A stretch of DNA of 43,597 bases from Bacteroidota bacterium (GTDB lineage: Bacteria > Bacteroidota > Bacteroidia > Bacteroidales > VadinHA17): positions 1 through 43,597 of the forward strand of contig JAUVKW010000003.1 in NCBI GenBank assembly GCA_030596025.1. Reading direction: 5' to 3'. Positions 37,560 to 43,597 of this stretch are shown in pieces. Each line of letters starts with the position of its first letter. Position 1 is the stretch's first letter. The translations under genes were made by a program, and so were the position numbers. The notes beneath the pieces are model-generated. The model worked only from the letters and a program-made list of their open reading frames with translations, was not told the DNA's origin and ran no database searches.

Positions 37560-38144
37560 TCATTTTTTCTTGTTTCTGTCTTCCACAAAGCATTCCCGGC
37601 ATAGGGGCTCATAAGCATCTTTTTCTCCCAGAAGAACACGTTTGTCATTGTTACTCAGGCGATGTGAGTAAGAGGCAAGATTACCGCAACGCATGCAAAT
37701 TGCATGGACTTTTGTAACATATTCTGCAATTGACATGAGTTTTGGCACAGGTCCGAATGGAACTCCGAGGTAATCCATATCCAGTCCTGCAACAATTACC
37801 CGTATTCCATCATCGGCAAGCTTATTACAAACTTCTACCAGGCCTTTATCAAAAAACTGCGCCTCATCTATTCCAACTACTTCCACATCAGACACCAACA
37901 ATAGAATATTTGCTGATGATTCAACAGGTGTCGACATGATAGCCCTGGCATCGTGCGAGACTACTTCCTTTTCAGAATACCGTGTCTCAATCTGAGGCTT
38001 GAAGATTTCTACCTTCTGATTTGCATATTTTGCACGTCTTAGCCTTCTTATCAATTCTTCAGTTTTGCCACTGAACATAGATCCGGCGATTACCTCAATC
38101 CATCCATGTTTTCTGCCTTTAACCAGTGACTTTTCCAGAAACAT
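37560..38144 (-). CDS. tdk: Thymidine kinase
   Basis: [28 protein letters not shown]...YEPLCREC. Confidence 0.97.
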   Translation of the reverse strand: MFLEKSLVKGRKHGWIEVIAGSMFSGKTEELIRRLRRAKYANQKVEIFKPQIETRYSEKEVVSHDARAIMSTPVESSANILLLVSDVEVVGIDEAQFFDKGLVEVCNKLADDGIRVIVAGLDMDYLGVPFGPVPKLMSIAEYVTKVHAICMRCGNLASYSHRLSNNDKRVLLGEKDAYEPLCRECFVEDRNKKK

Positions 38145-38214
38145 CAGATACGAAATTCTAATTATTAATTCTTAACTTTGCAAAATAGTGTAAATAATAA
38201 AATTAGTGTGAAAT

Positions 38215-38949
38215 ATGGATCTCAAAGAAAATTTTGAAAACCTTTCTAAAGATATACAAGATATCGGGAAATTGGTTGAGAACCTGAAAAATAATTCAGA
38301 TGTTTCATCTGTTGAACTGGATTTTTTAAAGCAAAGAATACATGACCTGTATGATTCAGTGGTAGGAGTTTCATGGCAAATGAAATTGGATAAAACAGGA
38401 GATGCTGCCGGAGATGATAAACCTGCTGATAATCAAAGTGTGATTGTCGAAGAGTCCGAAAAAAGGATAGAAACAACGGAAGAGAGAATAATAGTAGAAA
38501 AAGAGGAAATTATTGCTCCCGGAGACGAGGAAAAGAAGGTGGAATTTCAGATGGAGGAGCAGGAGGATATCCTTAGCCAACCATCTTCTGAAGTAAAGGA
38601 GAAATCAAGTGTTTTATCGGATAAGTTTCAGAATAAGCAGAATTACCGGAATGAAGCACTTAAGAAAGAAAAACCGGTACAGGATATTGCTTCAAAATAC
38701 CATGATCAGCCAATTCAGGATATTGGTACTGCAATTGGTATAAATGAGAAGTTCAGATATATAAGAGAACTCTTTGACGGGAATTCCACGCTCTATAATA
38801 AAACCATAAACAGATTGAACACAGTGGAATCTGAAGCAGATGCAACAAGATATCTTCAGGATAATTTTTCCTGGGATTTGGAGGAGAAATTAGCAAAAAG
38901 ACTTCTGGATCTTACCAGGAGAAAACTGAAAAACCAGGAGAATGACTAA
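38215..38949 (+). CDS. Hypothetical protein with acidic linker and conserved-looking C-terminal domain
   Basis: 244-aa ORF coupled to rsmI; IGINEKFRYIRELF. Confidence 0.7.
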   Translation: MDLKENFENLSKDIQDIGKLVENLKNNSDVSSVELDFLKQRIHDLYDSVVGVSWQMKLDKTGDAAGDDKPADNQSVIVEESEKRIETTEERIIVEKEEIIAPGDEEKKVEFQMEEQEDILSQPSSEVKEKSSVLSDKFQNKQNYRNEALKKEKPVQDIASKYHDQPIQDIGTAIGINEKFRYIRELFDGNSTLYNKTINRLNTVESEADATRYLQDNFSWDLEEKLAKRLLDLTRRKLKNQEND

Positions 38950-39613
38950 GCTTTTTCTCGTGCCAACTCCAATTGGAAACCTTGAAGATATTACACTGAG
39001 AGCAATTTCAATTTTGTCTGAGGTTGATCTTGTCCTGGCTGAGGACACCCGCAAAACAAGTTTCTTGCTTAAGCACCTGGCAATTGAGAAAAAAATTATT
39101 TCCCACCATAAATTTAACGAGCATAAAACCCTTGACCATATACTTGCAAGGATGAAAGAGGGTGAAACTATGGCACTGGTTTCAGATGCCGGAACACCTT
39201 CAATTTCTGACCCTGGTTTTTTGCTGGTAAGGGCGTGCATTGAGAATGATATCCAGATAGAATGCCTTCCAGGCCCCACTGCTTTTGTGCCTGCCATCGC
39301 TAATTCAGGCCTCGCATCTGAACGCTTTTGTTTTGAAGGTTTCCTGCCTGTTAAAAAGGGAAGGCAAAAGAGGCTGCAAAATTTGAAAGATGAAGACCGT
39401 ACAATGGTATTTTATGAGTCTCCACACAGGATATTGAAGTTGCTAAGCCAGCTGGCAGATGTTCTTGGGGCCGAAAGGAATGCTTCTGTTTCGAGGGAGT
39501 TGACAAAGATACACGAAGAAACAATTCGAGGAAGTTTAGACCAGCTGACAGAATACTTTTCAAAAAAGACACCCAGGGGGGAATTCGTTGTTGTGGTAGC
39601 AGGTAAAAAGTAA
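38942..39613 (+). CDS. rsmI: 16S rRNA (C1402) 2'-O-methyltransferase
   Basis: PTPIGNLEDITLRA, AEDTR, SDAGTPSISDPG, FYESPHR, RELTKIHEE. Confidence 0.97.
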   Translation: MTKLFLVPTPIGNLEDITLRAISILSEVDLVLAEDTRKTSFLLKHLAIEKKIISHHKFNEHKTLDHILARMKEGETMALVSDAGTPSISDPGFLLVRACIENDIQIECLPGPTAFVPAIANSGLASERFCFEGFLPVKKGRQKRLQNLKDEDRTMVFYESPHRILKLLSQLADVLGAERNASVSRELTKIHEETIRGSLDQLTEYFSKKTPRGEFVVVVAGKK

Positions 39614-39666
39614 ATTATTTTTTCGTAGCGAATTTATGTTGTAGCCAATAGAAAAATGAAAATATT

Positions 39667-41013
39667 ATGATTGAAACATTATTATTTGCTTTAATTGTCC
39701 TGGCAATACTAAATATTGTATTAAGCATAAGGAAAAAGGAATCTTTTGATATTAAACCCCAATTAAAAGAAATTGAGAAATCAATAATAAAATTTACTGT
39801 AACTCTTGAACGAACTGAAAAAACAATTCAAAATGAATTTCAGATAAACAGGAAGGAAACAGGTGATAATCTGAGAGTTAATAGAGAAGAGTTAGCAAAT
39901 TCCTTGAAATTATTTGAGATTAAATTGTCTGAAAGCAGCAAAGATCTGAATGAATTGTTAAGACAAAAATTCGGAGACTTTAACAAACAGCAAACAGACG
40001 TTAATAAACTGGCAATAGACAACATTAAGCATGTAGAAAACACAATAGAAAAACACCTGAAGTCGATACGTGAAGATAATAATAAGCAGCTTGAGGAGAT
40101 GAGAAAAACCGTTGATGAAAAACTTCAAACAACTTTAGAGAAAAGACTAGGAGAGTCCTTTAAGCAGGTTAGTGAACGACTGGAGCAAGTTCATAAAGGA
40201 TTAGGGGAAATGCAAAATATTGCAACAGGGGTTGGGGACCTTAAAAAAGTGCTTTCAAACGTAAAAACAAGGGGTGTGTTGGGTGAGTACCAGCTTGAAA
40301 ACATAATAGAGCAAATATTAACTCCAGACCAGTATTCTAAAAATGTAGCAACAAAAGAAGGAAGCCAAGCGAATGTGGAGATTGCAATAAGATTCCCCGG
40401 GAAGGAATCAGGGAAAGATGTATGGATGCCAATTGATTCAAAATTTCCTATAGAAGATTATCATGTTTTGCTTAATTCATTTGAAAAAGGAGATAAACAT
40501 GAAATTGAATCATCAGAGAAGAACTTAATTAAGAAGATTGAGCTTTTTGCAAAGAGTATTAGCGAAAAATACATTGATCCTCCTCATACAACAGATTTTG
40601 GAGTCATGTTTTTACCAGTAGAAAGCTTATATGCTGAAGTTTTAAGACATCCTGGATTATTTGAGACTCTCCAAAATAAATATAAAATTACTGTTACCGG
40701 TCCGACAACACTTTCAGCCTTACTCAATAGTTTGCAAATGGGATTCAGAACACTGGCAGTTCAGAAAAGAAGCAGTGAGGTTTGGGATATTCTGAAAGCA
40801 GTTAAATTTGAGTTTAAGCAGTTCTCAGGTGTTCTGGCAAGAGCCCATAAACAAATAGATACAGCTTCTGGTACTCTAGATAATCTAAGAACTACCAGAA
40901 CAAATGTGCTTGAAAAAAAGCTTAAGGATGTAGAAACTTTTACTTCAGTTGAATCGAAAAAAATATTAGAATTGCCAGAAGATAATCTCAACTTAGAAAT
41001 AGATGAAGAATAA
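39667..41013 (+). CDS. rmuC: DNA recombination protein RmuC
   Basis: TVDEKL, KTRGVLGE, PIDSKFP, KYIDPPHTTDF, GPTTLSALLNSL. Confidence 0.93.
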   Translation: MIETLLFALIVLAILNIVLSIRKKESFDIKPQLKEIEKSIIKFTVTLERTEKTIQNEFQINRKETGDNLRVNREELANSLKLFEIKLSESSKDLNELLRQKFGDFNKQQTDVNKLAIDNIKHVENTIEKHLKSIREDNNKQLEEMRKTVDEKLQTTLEKRLGESFKQVSERLEQVHKGLGEMQNIATGVGDLKKVLSNVKTRGVLGEYQLENIIEQILTPDQYSKNVATKEGSQANVEIAIRFPGKESGKDVWMPIDSKFPIEDYHVLLNSFEKGDKHEIESSEKNLIKKIELFAKSISEKYIDPPHTTDFGVMFLPVESLYAEVLRHPGLFETLQNKYKITVTGPTTLSALLNSLQMGFRTLAVQKRSSEVWDILKAVKFEFKQFSGVLARAHKQIDTASGTLDNLRTTRTNVLEKKLKDVETFTSVESKKILELPEDNLNLEIDEE

Positions 41014-41018
41014 AGTAT

Positions 41019-41546
41019 TTATTCAGCAGTATCTCCTGGAGGAATTTCCTTTGTAAGCTTCAAAAATCCATCCATCAGGTCATTATCAATAGTCACCGAT
41101 AAATGATAGTGAGAAAACTTCCATTCTTTATTCAGGTAAATCATTACACCAGATCCCCTGCAGGTTCCCATCCATGTATCCAACAGCTCATCAAACCATG
41201 CAGTTTCCCGGTCTGAAGAAAAAATTATACTTCTTTGCCAGGGCTTAAAATCCCATGCTTTACCACGATCAAAGTACGGTTTTGCAAATTTATAAAATTC
41301 AGTCTTGTTCCATCTTTCAGTGGCATCGGTCCCCAGATAAATAAAATTTGTATCCATCAGGCCAAAAAACACTTCCGCGTTGGCATCAGATGCGGCCTGA
41401 TGCCATGAATCTATTATCTTGTGCAAGTCTTCTTCTGTTTCATTGGTTCCCTGATCACAGGAAGCAAAAAATACAATAAACAGGGTAATAAAAAGTTTAG
41501 CAGTTTGTTTTTTGATGGATTTTACAGGAATATGCTTCACGATCAT
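41019..41546 (-). CDS. NTF2/SnoaL-like lipoprotein
   Basis: FASC lipobox; WHQAA, GTDATERW, AWFDELLDT, RGSGV. Confidence 0.8.
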   Translation of the reverse strand: MIVKHIPVKSIKKQTAKLFITLFIVFFASCDQGTNETEEDLHKIIDSWHQAASDANAEVFFGLMDTNFIYLGTDATERWNKTEFYKFAKPYFDRGKAWDFKPWQRSIIFSSDRETAWFDELLDTWMGTCRGSGVMIYLNKEWKFSHYHLSVTIDNDLMDGFLKLTKEIPPGDTAE

Positions 41547-42691
41547 ATGTGTTTGGGTACCTGAATTTCGAATATTTTTTCTTCTATCAGATTTTCAATC
41601 TTTTTCAAACGGTAAGATTCTTTCTTATTAACAAAGGTAAGAGCCACTCCAGTGGCTTTGGCACGGGCAGTACGCCCAACTCTGTGAACGTAATCTTCGG
41701 CATCCTGTGGAACATGATAATTGATTACCAGGTCAATGTTATCAATATCAATTCCTCTTGATACGATGTCTGTGGCTACAAGAATATTGATTCTCCCGCT
41801 TTTGAAATCTAACAATGCCTTTTCTCTTTCATTTTGAGTAAGGTCGGAATGAATTGCTGCTACCGAAAGTTTTTTATTTCCTAAAGTTCTGGCCAGTCTT
41901 TTCACATCACTCTTTGTTGATGAAAACAAAAGGACCTTATTGAGCTCCTTTCCAACAAGAAGGTCGAGTATGAGTTCGACTTTTTTAGAATCTTCAACTT
42001 TATAAATAGCCTGTAGTACTCCCTGTGGCGGTTTTGAAACTGCCAGGTCAATTTGTTGTGGATTGGTCAGCAGCTCATTTGCCAGGTTCCTGATTTCTCT
42101 TGGCATTGTTGCTGAAAACATTAGGGTTTGCCTCTTTGAAGGAAGTGATTTGACTATTTGAATTATATCTGCATGAAAACCCATATCAAGCATTCTGTCG
42201 GCCTCATCCAGTACCAGGAATTTAAGGCTTTGGAAATTGAGATAGCCCATTTGTAAATGAGCAATCAGGCGCCCCGGAGTGGCAATGATGATATCAGCTC
42301 CTTTTTCAAGGGCATTTTTTTGCTGGTCCCACGACATCCCGTCTCCACCCCCGTAAACAGCTATGGAGCTGGTATTGGCAAAATATGATACCCCCACTAA
42401 TTGCTGGTCAATTTGAATTGCCAGTTCACGGGTTGGGACTATGATCATTGCGCTCACTCCCCTGAGTTCCTCCTTGATCTGGATGATTTTCTGAAGCATG
42501 GGAAGTAAGAATGCTGCTGTTTTTCCGGTTCCTGTTTGTGCACAGCCGATCAAATCATCTCCTCTGAGAATAATTGGAATCCCCAATTCCTGAATAGGAG
42601 TGGGAGTGGTAAATCCCATAGAATCTATGCCTTCCATAATGGGTGCATCCAACTTAAAGTCTTCGAAGCTGGGATTATTTTTAGAATTCAT
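41543..42691 (-). CDS. DEAD-box RNA helicase
   Basis: AQTGTGKT, PTRELA, DEAD, SAT, RGID, HRVGRTAR. Confidence 0.96.
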   Translation of the reverse strand: MNSKNNPSFEDFKLDAPIMEGIDSMGFTTPTPIQELGIPIILRGDDLIGCAQTGTGKTAAFLLPMLQKIIQIKEELRGVSAMIIVPTRELAIQIDQQLVGVSYFANTSSIAVYGGGDGMSWDQQKNALEKGADIIIATPGRLIAHLQMGYLNFQSLKFLVLDEADRMLDMGFHADIIQIVKSLPSKRQTLMFSATMPREIRNLANELLTNPQQIDLAVSKPPQGVLQAIYKVEDSKKVELILDLLVGKELNKVLLFSSTKSDVKRLARTLGNKKLSVAAIHSDLTQNEREKALLDFKSGRINILVATDIVSRGIDIDNIDLVINYHVPQDAEDYVHRVGRTARAKATGVALTFVNKKESYRLKKIENLIEEKIFEIQVPKHI

Positions 42692-42759
42692 AATAGTTAG
42701 TCAAAAAAGAAAAGTTAAGTATCTTTAAATTTGGGTAGATTAATATTTCAAAGAATTTC

Positions 42760-43597
42760 TTATTGGGCAGAGATCCTTAATATTTCGACAATCATTTTTA
42801 GTGCCTTTTCCATGTCAGATATATGAATGTGCTCTTCCAGAGAGTGTTCAAGCTGAGCCCCAATGCCCACAACTGCCATTTCAATACCCTTGTTATTATA
42901 AATAGAGGCATCAGTAAAACCAGTTATAAAACCTGTTTTTGCTTTAACCCCGGCTACCTTTAAGGCTTGTTTTGAGACTTGCACTGTTTCCGAGTCCTTT
43001 GATATTTCCACTGCTTTAAAGGGATTGTTGATAGTGATTTTAACAATTGCACCTGTAGCTTCCACTTTTCCCCTGATGATGTTTTCCATCTTTTTTGCAA
43101 GTTCTTTTGCTTTTGTATGATTCAGGCTTCTGCATTCTGCAAGGAAGGAGGTTTCTTCGGGGACTCCATTTCTGATTATTCCTCCCTGGATTACTCCAAC
43201 ATTCGAGGTTGTTTCTTCATCTATTCTTCCCAGGGGAAGGGCAGAAATAGCCCTCGATGCAGCAAGAACAGCACTGATGCCCTTTTCAGGTTCCATGCCT
43301 GCATGTGCTGACTTTCCTTTGATTTCTACATCCAGGGTAAAGTATGAAGGGCCACCGATTACAACAGTATCCAGTGTGTCATTATCAAGCAGGTATCCTT
43401 TTTTAGCACTTAGCCAGCTAAAGTCAAGATTCTGAACACCTATCAAACCAACCTCCTCCTGCCTGGTAATAGCAAATTCTACACGGGGCCTGGTATCGGC
43501 AGTTCTTAATGCTTCAAGCATTTCAGCAATTCCTGCTTTGTCATCAGCTCCCAGGATAGTTTTTCCATCTGAACGAATAACACCATTTTCAATTACA
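42760..43597 (-). CDS. M20 family peptidase (peptidase T-like); 5' end off the window
   Basis: The frame stays open to the window edge: VIRSDGKTILGADDKAGIAEMLE; QEEVG, SAHAG, HSLEE. Confidence 0.92.
   Translation of the reverse strand, partial: VIENGVIRSDGKTILGADDKAGIAEMLEALRTADTRPRVEFAITRQEEVGLIGVQNLDFSWLSAKKGYLLDNDTLDTVVIGGPSYFTLDVEIKGKSAHAGMEPEKGISAVLAASRAISALPLGRIDEETTSNVGVIQGGIIRNGVPEETSFLAECRSLNHTKAKELAKKMENIIRGKVEATGAIVKITINNPFKAVEISKDSETVQVSKQALKVAGVKAKTGFITGFTDASIYNNKGIEMAVVGIGAQLEHSLEEHIHISDMEKALKMIVEILRISAQ

Noticed and set aside
39620-39666. Cassette/attC-like end (TGTTGTAGCCAAT) before the AT-rich rmuC
   Set aside because: No complementary partner site around the gene, no GTTRRRY match and no integrase.
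2031-43311. Many 60-165 aa ORFs antisense to or nested in long genes
   Set aside because: They fully overlap well-supported genes and show no recognisable motifs.

Overview
43.6 kb of AT-rich bacterial chromosome, most likely from an anaerobic Bacteroidota (Bacteroidales-like). This is inferred from the gldB-like, GWxTD, DUF1573 and PorT-like genes, a 2[4Fe-4S] ferredoxin and TAnnTTTG promoters. It is mostly housekeeping: mutS, rlmB, pcm, gcvP, ddl, meaB, nadE, tdk, rsmI, rmuC, a DEAD-box helicase, tRNA-Leu and tRNA-Gly. Small accessory modules are interspersed: a Fic protein, a GxxExxY protein, an AbiE type IV toxin-antitoxin pair and an Rhs relic. The most unusual items are: (1) a GxxExxY gene embedded in an ordered array of inverted CGCAGAT/ATCTGCG modules, including two gene-less 102-bp units; (2) a duplicated promoter plus tRNA-Leu 5' end leading into a ~90-nt hairpin with a segment antisense to the tRNA; (3) mutS broken by a single in-frame TAA just after Walker A; (4) several dispersed REP-like hairpin families, two of them with compensatory base changes; (5) twin divergent ECF promoters. 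No CRISPR array, integrase or transposase was seen. All family calls come from motif recognition by eye; no database search was run.
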